A stretch of DNA of 21,551 bases, taken from Nanobdellota archaeon (lineage in GTDB: Archaea > Nanobdellota > Nanobdellia > Nanobdellales > Nanobdellaceae). The first letter of the stretch is position 1. Each line of letters opens with the position of its first letter. A model generated the notes under the pieces. It made no database searches and had not been told where the DNA came from. It saw nothing but the letters and a program-made list of their open reading frames with translations. Both the position numbers and the translations under genes were made by a program. Below, piece by piece: positions 1 through 7,056 of the stretch. The DNA lies in contig JAIXNB010000045.1 in the NCBI GenBank assembly GCA_020697515.1, positions 1 through 21,551 on the forward strand. Reading direction: 5' to 3'.

Positions 1-36
1 AATACAAATGCTCGAGCAGTTTTTATACTACAGAAG

Positions 37-789
37 GTGAATTTTTTAGAGAAATATTTTCTACACCCTATCCAATACTATGGAAAATATAATGCTGTAA
101 ATACAATAGCTTATTCTGTACTATTTATAGTCTTAAGCTACTTAATTTATATATACATAAAACGCTTAGAAATATCTATAGATAAAACTTTTGTTCTATC
201 TACAATACCATACATACTATTGGGAATTCTCATAAGAGTTCAGGTAGACTATGGATTATTACAACCGTCCTTAATCACAGTAACTCCAGGAGTTTGGTTC
301 ATTTCTCTAGGTCTTTGGATGATACCATTCTTAATACTAAAAAAACTGGCTATACCTAATTATCAGAAGTACGTGTTTTATTCTGGAATAATATTTATGG
401 TTATCTCGTTCCTTTGTGGACTCAAAATGTATTTGACCAATCTCCACATATTGGTAATATATATTTTATTGCTACTCCCATTGGTTTTATTTTTCATAAA
501 GAACATACCATTTTATTTCCTAGCAATCTACGGAGAGTTAATAGATGCTCTATCTTCCTACATTGCAATAAAGCATGGTTTTTCTGAAGAACATGTGGTC
601 TCTTCTATACTAGTCAATATCAGTCCAGAAGTGTTTTTTATAACGAAAGTGGCAACAACCCTTGTAGTAGTTTATTTAATAGAGAGATTTGTAAATGAAA
701 TGGAACTAAAAAAATATATATACCTAGTAATATTTATTTTGGGTTTTGGGCCTGGAACGAGGAACTGGCTTCTACTAATTGGTAAATGA
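37..789 (+). CDS. Polytopic membrane protein, DUF63-like
   Basis: 250-aa ORF from GTG with several hydrophobic segments. YNAVNTIAY and IPYILLGILIRVQVDYG resemble archaeal DUF63 membrane proteins as I recall them. The frame is open back to nt 1, so the true 5' end may lie upstream of the window. ATGA overlap with the next gene. Confidence 0.55.
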   Translation: MNFLEKYFLHPIQYYGKYNAVNTIAYSVLFIVLSYLIYIYIKRLEISIDKTFVLSTIPYILLGILIRVQVDYGLLQPSLITVTPGVWFISLGLWMIPFLILKKLAIPNYQKYVFYSGIIFMVISFLCGLKMYLTNLHILVIYILLLLPLVLFFIKNIPFYFLAIYGELIDALSSYIAIKHGFSEEHVVSSILVNISPEVFFITKVATTLVVVYLIERFVNEMELKKYIYLVIFILGFGPGTRNWLLLIGK

Positions 790-1529
790 AGTATAAGGAA
801 ATCTGGAAAGTATATGCCAAAGTATTCGATTTACAAACTTTTAAAAATCTCAATCAGTTAGAAAAGGCAGGATACATCAAAGAGGATCTCACCCCAATTT
901 CAGAGGGGAAGGAAGCTGTTGTTTTTAAGGGAGATAGCGAGTGGGGGGCGGTAGCTGTAAAAATTTATAAGGTAATGAACATAAGTTATCACGACCATTA
1001 TAAGTACTTGTTAATGGATCCACGATTCCACAAATTTCCTAGAACCAGGATAGGGATAGTCTACACATGGGTTAAAAAGGAATACGGCAACTTAAACAGA
1101 TTGTATAAAAATTTGGTTAATGTTCCTATGCCAGTTGCATTCAAAGGAAATATTCTTATAATGGAGTGGATCGGGGACAAGAATCCAGCTCCAAGCTTAC
1201 ATGATGTATTAGATAATATAAATAAGGAAGATTTTTTTTGGAAAATCCTTAAAGAGTATAAAAGAATGTTATATAAGGCTAACTTAGTTCATGGCGATTT
1301 CTCAGAGTATAATATATTAGTATATAAAAATAATTTGTTTATCATTGATGTCTCCCAGGCAATACCACTAGATACGGAAGCATCTAAGGAACTTTTATTA
1401 AGGGACTTACGAAATCTATTTAGAATTTCAAAAAAGCTAGGAGTAAGGATATCCACTAATGATTTGCTTAAGGAGCTAAAAATAAAATCTCTAAGTATAA
1501 ATTTTGATACTCCTTTTTATTTTGAGTAA
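786..1529 (+). CDS. RIO-type serine/threonine protein kinase (Rio1-like)
   Basis: 247-aa ORF. It has the nucleotide-loop ISEGKEAVVFKG, the lysine motif VAVKIYK, the catalytic LVHGDFSEYNILV and the metal-binding IIDVSQA. The N-terminus is short with no wHTH, which favours Rio1 over Rio2. Confidence 0.85.
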   Translation: MKYKEIWKVYAKVFDLQTFKNLNQLEKAGYIKEDLTPISEGKEAVVFKGDSEWGAVAVKIYKVMNISYHDHYKYLLMDPRFHKFPRTRIGIVYTWVKKEYGNLNRLYKNLVNVPMPVAFKGNILIMEWIGDKNPAPSLHDVLDNINKEDFFWKILKEYKRMLYKANLVHGDFSEYNILVYKNNLFIIDVSQAIPLDTEASKELLLRDLRNLFRISKKLGVRISTNDLLKELKIKSLSINFDTPFYFE

Positions 1530-1621
1530 TATTTTTAGGATATTGTTCTATTATCATTACAGGTAAGAACTAAAATTTTCTGTAGTTGTGATTTCCAGTT
1601 TGCAGGTTAAAAAATATTATT

Positions 1622-2152
1622 TTATGGAAGAGATATAGCGTTTAGCATCTTTATTATTTCTTGCTTGATCTCCTCAGATTCCGCATATAGATATTTTCCA
1701 GACAAGCTAACTGGTTGCGACCTAACACTAGACCATGTCTTTTTAAGCCAAGATGGGTGTATTTTAAAGTATTTAACTAGTATTTTTTCGATTTTTGTGT
1801 TAGGACGTGGTTCCTCTGGTTCTTTTATTTCGTGTTCTGTTTTAAATTCTATTTCTACAGATCCAGATTGTGCTCTTATATTATATGCGCTAACTCTCAT
1901 TGTTAATGTAATGTACCATATTATTGTTACTTCATCATCCCAAAAAACCTTTTTACCCTCCCAATTTATCTCTATAAAGAGCAAACCATCCGGGGTAACT
2001 TTGTGGTAATAATAAGTCTCATAATAATCTCCCCCAGGTATACCACTCCATCCTCTCTTATTTAGGGAATAGTATAATCCTTCGTACAATGAATTAATAT
2101 TAAATTTTCCACTAAACTTCAATTTTGTTTTATATATCTCTTTTCGACTCAT
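1622..2152 (-). CDS. Hypothetical protein, paralog of the upstream ORF
   Basis: 176-aa ORF with no family I recognise. It shares motifs with ORF 2152-2643: KFSG..N...LY......RGW versus KYSG..D...FY......KGF, and KV..DG......W..K.V. Its start overlaps the upstream stop by 1 nt (TGATG). Confidence 0.6.
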   Translation of the reverse strand: MSRKEIYKTKLKFSGKFNINSLYEGLYYSLNKRGWSGIPGGDYYETYYYHKVTPDGLLFIEINWEGKKVFWDDEVTIIWYITLTMRVSAYNIRAQSGSVEIEFKTEHEIKEPEEPRPNTKIEKILVKYFKIHPSWLKKTWSSVRSQPVSLSGKYLYAESEEIKQEIIKMLNAISLP

Positions 2153-2643
2153 CAGACTTTATAAGATGCTGTCAGGTCTTTTAACATGTCTATAAATTCT
2201 AAACCTATCTTAGCAACTTTATTTTTATGTTCCTTAATTTCACTACCAACGATATACTTCTCATATAGAGCTCTCAGGAATATATTAAATGGTTTATCCC
2301 CAAAAAATCTCTCATAATCAAACTCCAAATCTCCATTGAGGTTTACAGAAAGGCTATCAACATGTTCCATTTTCCTACCATCCACATCCACTAGTTTCAA
2401 ACCTTCTGCTTCTACTTCAATTTCATAGATATACACCGCATAGTCTGCGACTCTTTTCTCGCAATACCATTCAAATTTCACATCTCTGCTACCATCTTCC
2501 TTTACTTTTTCTTCATGCTTCTTTTCAATATAATCAAATCCTTTACTATCCCAAAAGTCTTTTATCGCTTTATAGAATACCTTAAAATCTATTAAGCCAG
2601 AATACTTAAATTTTATACCTTCCAAAATCCTCTCTTTAGGCAT
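2152..2643 (-). CDS. Hypothetical protein, first gene of a tandem paralog pair
   Basis: 163-aa ORF with charged, mixed alpha/beta-looking composition. A TATA-like TTTTTAAATAAAAA lies about 25 nt upstream of its ATG on the minus strand. I recognise no family. Confidence 0.6.
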   Translation of the reverse strand: MPKERILEGIKFKYSGLIDFKVFYKAIKDFWDSKGFDYIEKKHEEKVKEDGSRDVKFEWYCEKRVADYAVYIYEIEVEAEGLKLVDVDGRKMEHVDSLSVNLNGDLEFDYERFFGDKPFNIFLRALYEKYIVGSEIKEHKNKVAKIGLEFIDMLKDLTASYKV

Positions 2644-2705
2644 TATTTTAAAACATCTGTTTTTATTTAAAAACCATATGGAAAAAATTAGAATTTATTC
2701 ACTAT

Positions 2706-2748
2706 TTACAACTGAAAACTTCTCTCTTCAAGACGGAGAGGAGGTCAG
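2706..2748. repeat. 43-nt element, copy 1: conserved arms TTACAACTGAAA and AGAGGAGGTCAG around a 19-nt hairpin-forming core
   Basis: Both 12-nt arms match copy 2 (7047-7089) exactly, and the spacer length is the same (19 nt). The core CTTCTCTC-TTCAAGACG-GAGAGGAG can form an 8-bp stem, including one G-U pair. Confidence 0.6.
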
Positions 2749-2989
2749 AAAAATTGAGAATAAGGAGTGTATATGACATCTACGAGATAAGGAAAATACC
2801 AACAGGAGAATCTCTAGGAAGTACCAATATTAACAGACAGAAATAAAAGAGAGAGTATATAAGATATTTATGCGACTATTTCATTATTAGAGGGTTAATT
2901 ATAAATAATAAATCCAGGCGAGTGATCTTTAAAGATGCTTGGAGTCGTTCGTGTAGAAGAATTAAAAATCAAAATAAATAACTTAAAAC

Positions 2990-3652
2990 ATGTATTTGAA
3001 TATGAAAAGCTTACAAGATTTTATTAAATATTTAAGAACTTTAGGAATTTCAAACAATGTTATAGAAGCCTTTAAAGTTATAAAGAGAGAATGGTTTGTT
3101 CCAGAGGAATATAAGAATTTTGCATATAATGATGAAGTAATTCCTATAAAAGAAGGAGTTACAATATCTCAACCAAGTGTTCTCGCAACTATGATAGATG
3201 CTTTGGAAATTAAACCAGGGTTAAAAATTTTGGAAATAGGAACTGGATCTGGTTTTTCTACAGCAATATTATCTTACTTAGTCGGGCCAAATGGTAGGGT
3301 CATATCTGTAGAAATGGATGAAGATGCTTATTCATTTGCTAAAGAAAGACTAAATTATTTAATAAACAAAAAAATTATCCCTAATAATATAAAGCTTATT
3401 TTAGGGGATGGTTCTTTAGGATATTCTCAAGAAGCTCCGTATGATAGGGTAATCTCGCATGCAAGCTGTACTAGAGTCCCAAATCCATGGATATGGCAAC
3501 TAAAGGATAATGGAGTAATAGTAGCGCCAATAGGACCGGTATGGGATCAAAAATTAGCCAAGATTAAAAAAGTGAGTGGAAAGTTAGAAAAAGAAATACT
3601 AATGGACGTTTTATTCGTGCCATTAAGAGGAAAATTTGGAGATATTGAGTGA
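2990..3652 (+). CDS. pcm: Protein-L-isoaspartate O-methyltransferase
   Basis: 220-aa ORF with WFVPEEYKNFAYNDEVIPI, TISQPSVLATMIDAL, SAM motif I LEIGTGSGFSTAIL and GDGSLGYSQEAPYDRV. The start may instead be the Met at 3002. Confidence 0.85.
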   Translation: MYLNMKSLQDFIKYLRTLGISNNVIEAFKVIKREWFVPEEYKNFAYNDEVIPIKEGVTISQPSVLATMIDALEIKPGLKILEIGTGSGFSTAILSYLVGPNGRVISVEMDEDAYSFAKERLNYLINKKIIPNNIKLILGDGSLGYSQEAPYDRVISHASCTRVPNPWIWQLKDNGVIVAPIGPVWDQKLAKIKKVSGKLEKEILMDVLFVPLRGKFGDIE

Positions 3653-3669
3653 AATTTAAATTGATATTT
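3652..3669 (+). promoter_or_regulatory. TATA-like box upstream of the tandem C/D sRNAs
   Basis: AAATTTAAATTGATATTT is centred about 26 nt upstream of the first C box at 3687. Confidence 0.35.
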
Positions 3670-3686
3670 CTACCATCAATATTTAT

Positions 3687-3735
3687 ATGATGATAGCGAT
3701 CCAGACAGAAAAATGAAGATTCCTTTAAGTACTGA
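3687..3735 (+). ncRNA. C/D box sRNA (unit a of a tandem pair)
   Basis: ATGATGA(C) TAGCGATCCAGA CAGA(D') AAAA TGAAGA(C') TTCCTTTAAGTA CTGA(D). Both guides are 12 nt and the spacing is canonical for archaea. The D guide is complementary in 11 of 12 positions to the conserved SSU rRNA sequence ACUUAAAGGAA. Confidence 0.75.
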
Positions 3736-3783
3736 TGATGACGGACGAAAAAACAGACATATGAAGAGGGACCAAAACTCTGA
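3735..3783 (+). ncRNA. C/D box sRNA (unit b of a tandem pair)
   Basis: ATGATGA(C) CGGACGAAAAAA CAGA(D') CATA TGAAGA(C') GGGACCAAAACT CTGA(D). The architecture is the same 49 nt as unit a. The first A of its C box is the last A of unit a's D box. Confidence 0.7.
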
Positions 3784-3803
3784 ATACAATATTTTTCCAG
3801 ATC

Positions 3804-5174
3804 TCAACCAGTATCTAAATTTTTATTTCTCTCTATCTTAAATCTCTTAAGTGGGTATGAAATAGGATTTTTTATTAATTTACAAATTTCATCCGGGTTA
3901 CATACACCCATATCCTTGTAATACCCTGCATTAGAACAGTTAGGAGGTAGATATCTGAGTCCCTTACCATATTTTTCTTTGTGCCACTGCAATTGATATT
4001 CTATGTATCTTTCCCTTAAAGGATTCGGATTTTTATCGTTCCACTTCCATAACAATGCTTCTATTTCTTTCCAAGACCATTCAAGGTTTATTAAAAAGTT
4101 AATTAGAATAAATAGCGCTCTTTTTCTACCATCTTCAATACCATTCAAAATGTTTTTGATGCATGGCGGAAAATATTTCTCTGGAACTTTTCCTTTAAAT
4201 TTTATCTTAGTCCTTTGCAAATCTTTGGCTACTTCTTCCTCTACTGAGATTTTTAGCTGAGTAGCGCGAATTCTCTCTTTTTCTATTTTATTCACTGCCT
4301 CCCACTTAATAGCAGTATAAATTAGCTTTTCTAATCTAGGTTCTTGATCTACTTCTTCTGTAAGAAATGGTATGCCTTCATAGACATAGTAATCTATATC
4401 TGCTATTTCTGGATTGAATGTATCTGTGTCTTTGGGATCTATTGGAATAGATATTCTACCAGTTTTCTCATTAATGGAGTAAGGCATTCTGAATAAATGC
4501 CTGGATGATATGAGTATAGTATCTATTTCAATTAGATGAAAAGGTGATAGCTGCTCAGGTAGTATATTTAAATTATATTCATTTATTATTTCATTAATGT
4601 CCCAATTTCTTTCTATAAATTTCTTTAGATCCTCTTCTATTTTATAAGCAATATATGATGCTAATGTTCTGGCTAATTCCGGAAATAAGTTTTTAGTGTC
4701 CTCTTTTATAAGTTCATCTCCTTTAGGTACTGTTACTTCTTTTGGGAACAATTCCCATGGAACTGCAATATGGAATCCTTTACCCCCAGAGTACTTTATG
4801 TAAATAGGATGGATTTCTTTACCTGTTAAGAGATCTATAATAAGTTTTGCAGTATAACGAGCTATATTAAAGTTTTTTGAGTCTAGATCTATAATAAGAT
4901 CCCAACCTAGCCTTAATTCATTTAGCTGTGTTTTTTTGAGCTTTGTACTAAGTTCTAGTGGATTTAACCAACGTTCAACAGACATATGAAAAGAAACCGC
5001 CCCTTTTTTTATTAGTTCAAAAATATCTCCTTCATTCTCTAAAATATAAGGTCTTTTGCCAAAAGTACCATCTTCAAACATGTATCCAATTTCTCTATTT
5101 TGAGCAACTTTTATCATATCTCCAAGAACTTCTGGATTTCTCTTATAAAAACTAATTAACTTTGTTTTTAGCAT
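3804..5174 (-). CDS. DNA primase, fused catalytic (PriS) and PriL C-terminal Fe-S domains
   Basis: 456-aa ORF. PriS motifs are WDLIIDLDSK (DxD), YSGGKGFHIAV and SSRHLFRMPYSINEKTG. The C-terminal ~120 aa has FPPCIKNIL plus Cys413/425/431 (PPNC..., GVCNPDEIC), which matches the PriL-CTD 4Fe-4S ligand pattern. Confidence 0.8.
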   Translation of the reverse strand: MLKTKLISFYKRNPEVLGDMIKVAQNREIGYMFEDGTFGKRPYILENEGDIFELIKKGAVSFHMSVERWLNPLELSTKLKKTQLNELRLGWDLIIDLDSKNFNIARYTAKLIIDLLTGKEIHPIYIKYSGGKGFHIAVPWELFPKEVTVPKGDELIKEDTKNLFPELARTLASYIAYKIEEDLKKFIERNWDINEIINEYNLNILPEQLSPFHLIEIDTILISSRHLFRMPYSINEKTGRISIPIDPKDTDTFNPEIADIDYYVYEGIPFLTEEVDQEPRLEKLIYTAIKWEAVNKIEKERIRATQLKISVEEEVAKDLQRTKIKFKGKVPEKYFPPCIKNILNGIEDGRKRALFILINFLINLEWSWKEIEALLWKWNDKNPNPLRERYIEYQLQWHKEKYGKGLRYLPPNCSNAGYYKDMGVCNPDEICKLIKNPISYPLKRFKIERNKNLDTG

Positions 5175-5204
5175 AAGATATAAAGATAATTATAAATTAT
5201 AAAA

Positions 5205-5218
5205 CTATAATATATTTT
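5205..5218 (+). promoter_or_regulatory. TATA-like box upstream of C/D sRNA c
   Basis: CTATAATATATTTT lies about 25-30 nt upstream of the C box at 5241. Confidence 0.3.
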
Positions 5219-5240
5219 GAAAAATCTAATTTTTATTTAG

Positions 5241-5290
5241 ATGATGAAGTCCGTAGTGCGCAGAGTAATGATGAGGGAGGTTTCGCCTGA
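5241..5290 (+). ncRNA. C/D box sRNA (unit c)
   Basis: ATGATGA(C) AGTCCGTAGTGCG CAGA(D') GTAA TGATGA(C') GGGAGGTTTCGC CTGA(D). The D guide is complementary to GCGAAACCUCC, a sequence I recall from archaeal 16S rRNA just after GCAGCAGGCGCGAAA. Confidence 0.75.
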
Positions 5291-5306
5291 GTCTTGAACC
5301 AGAGTT

Positions 5307-5615
5307 TTAGTTATTCTGTTCTATCTTAAACCACTTTTTTACATCTCTTGGTATCTCTAGCAAATCAAGGTTTGCAAGAATATCTAACATGCCCCAAATA
5401 TAGTTCACAAGCTCAAATGCCTTGATATAGTCGTTTTTATTATAAAAATGCTTGCAATCTTCCCAGTAAGATAAAATTAATATCCATACATCCTTTTGAT
5501 TTCCTATGAAATGAACTTTACTGAAAACTATTTCCAGCTTTCTATATTCCCTCTCCAGATAGTACATCAACTCGCCATAAGCTCTCTTTGGAATATCTTT
5601 ATCATTTGTAACCAT
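5307..5615 (-). CDS. Small conserved archaeal protein, DUF357-like
   Basis: 102-aa ORF. WEDCKHFYNKNDYIKAFELVNYIWGMLDILANLDLL resembles the DUF357 pattern (D..yF...gDy..A......YA.G.LDa) as I recall it. A TATA-like box lies about 22 nt upstream. Confidence 0.5.
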   Translation of the reverse strand: MVTNDKDIPKRAYGELMYYLEREYRKLEIVFSKVHFIGNQKDVWILILSYWEDCKHFYNKNDYIKAFELVNYIWGMLDILANLDLLEIPRDVKKWFKIEQNN

Positions 5616-5754
5616 AATCTCTATTCACAAGATATGGTTTATATCTATCAAGTTGAATAAATTTTTCGTTAAAACAGAAATCAAAGAGTAGAAGATAAAA
5701 ATCTTAGTGTGTTCTTCATGCATTGTCTTTATAAAACTATAAATAAGGGAGAAT

Positions 5755-6837
5755 TCATAGGAATGGGGCTATAAGTATAGGCAAAATGATTGTTATATCA
5801 CCCCAAACTGTTACATGTTTGGCTTCTTTTTTAATTTTTCCCCAAGATATCGCTTCTCTGGTCTTAGCCCCAGACAAAGATCCATCCAACTCTACAGCAG
5901 AAGTTATATACACTGCATATTCTAAACCACCTGAAAATTGCGCCCACCAAATTACATGGTGCTTAGATATCCCTCCCCCAAGCATTAGAGATCCAATACG
6001 TCTTTCTCCGAAGAATAATTTTGATAAAAATAGTTCATCACTCCATACGGATACTTCGAAATCAGGATGTTCTGTTTTGAACATTAGGATTTGTGTCCCT
6101 ACAGCACCATCCGTAATCCCTGGTACTATCATGGGTATTTTATTTTTATAGCTCCAGTAGATTATACTTTCTTCTTTCTTAGGATGAGACTCTAATCTTC
6201 TCCCAATCTCCCAAATTAACTCGTACGTACCAATAATTTTTTTATTTTCTTCATCTATCTTGAAGTTCAGCTCAGACAAATCTTTGCTATGCGTTTTCAG
6301 ATGATTTTCCAGTTTAACGATCAAACCTTCTTTCTCTCTATCAAATATTTTCTCACCACAAACCGGACATATGATATAATAATAACTTTTCTCTTTAAGT
6401 TTTGTGTAAATATCTTTCAAGATGGGTTGCAACACATTTTCTATAGCGGGTCCATAGTTATCTTCTGGGATAAAAACATTTCCTAGTCTCATCACTCCCT
6501 CATTCTTCAGATATATATCATCAGCCTCAAAGTATCCTAAATGATAGCTCCTTTCTAATCTTGCTAAATCATGATCTAAAGTACCACAAGTAGTTATAAT
6601 CAAATCAAACATTTTATTTTTAACCAAATCTCTAAGTATCCCTCTTGTACCTGTTGCTACAATATCCGCAGGAAAGCTTAGGACTCTAATAATTTCTTTA
6701 TCATTGAACATCTCTTCTAGAATTTCGTAGGCTCTATAAAGTTCTTGAGCCTGAAAACCTCCAATGTTCTTAAACTGTTTTAATAATTCTTTTACCCTGA
6801 TATCGTTATGTATATTCAAATCTTTAACTGGTTCCAT
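5755..6837 (-). CDS. dys: Deoxyhypusine synthase carrying an internal insertion of about 55 aa
   Basis: Motifs are GFQAQELYRAYEIL, ITTCGTLDHDL, PGITDGAVG and LGGGISKHH. The ORF track starts at a TTG (6855). I prefer the ATG at 6837 (MEPVKDL) because AATTTATATTG sits about 24 nt upstream of it. Confidence 0.85.
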   Translation of the reverse strand: MEPVKDLNIHNDIRVKELLKQFKNIGGFQAQELYRAYEILEEMFNDKEIIRVLSFPADIVATGTRGILRDLVKNKMFDLIITTCGTLDHDLARLERSYHLGYFEADDIYLKNEGVMRLGNVFIPEDNYGPAIENVLQPILKDIYTKLKEKSYYYIICPVCGEKIFDREKEGLIVKLENHLKTHSKDLSELNFKIDEENKKIIGTYELIWEIGRRLESHPKKEESIIYWSYKNKIPMIVPGITDGAVGTQILMFKTEHPDFEVSVWSDELFLSKLFFGERRIGSLMLGGGISKHHVIWWAQFSGGLEYAVYITSAVELDGSLSGAKTREAISWGKIKKEAKHVTVWGDITIILPILIAPFL

Positions 6838-6903
6838 TACATATGAAATTATCAAACAATATAAATTAATTTGTATTCAGAAAAATAAATAGCTGAGGAA
6901 ATA

Positions 6904-7056
6904 TTGTTGGATTATCTGGAGAAGGTGGAGGTGAGGATTGGTAAAATAATCTCTGTAGAAGACCATCCAAATGCAGACAAACTGTATGTTTTAAAAGTAG
7001 ATTTAGGAAATGAAGTTAGAATAATAGTTGCCGGTTTAAAACAGTATTACAACTGA
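6904..7056 (+). pseudogene. Truncated tRNA-binding (Trbp111/CsaA/EMAP-type OB-fold) domain gene, N-terminal half only
   Basis: 50 codons from TTG: LLDYLEKVEVRIGKIISVEDHPNADKLYVLKVDLGNEVRIIVAGLKQYYN*. This matches the first half of Trbp111-like proteins (V.LRVGKI..VE.HPNADKLYVLKVDLG.E.R.IV.GI..YY). There is no ATG. A GAGG lies 6 nt upstream of the TTG. The ORF stops where the 43-nt element begins, and no downstream frame continues the domain. Confidence 0.55.

Noticed and set aside
1665-2009. 114-aa ORF antisense to ORF 1622-2152. The same reasoning applies to track ORFs 4003-4260, 4958-5155, 5786-6151, 6289-6486, 7409-7594, 9271-9579, 9805-10053, 10243-10548, 12242-12613, 13639-13827, 14964-15263, 15390-15650, 16109-16324, 16759-16944, 17204-17389, 17408-17611 and 18670-18954.
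   Set aside because: All are shadow ORFs embedded opposite genes with clear homology or better coding character. Their compositions are low-complexity and none has a motif I recognise.
2678-2846. Mini-ORFs around element copy 1: MEKIRIYSLFTTENFSLQDGEEVRKIENKECI (2678-2776) and a TTG-initiated 30-codon ORF (2754-2846) 8 nt after GGAGGT
   Set aside because: They are too short to assess and I recognise no homology. The first is not conserved at copy 2, where the same frame hits TAG. They are noted only in case Ribo-seq or proteomics becomes available.
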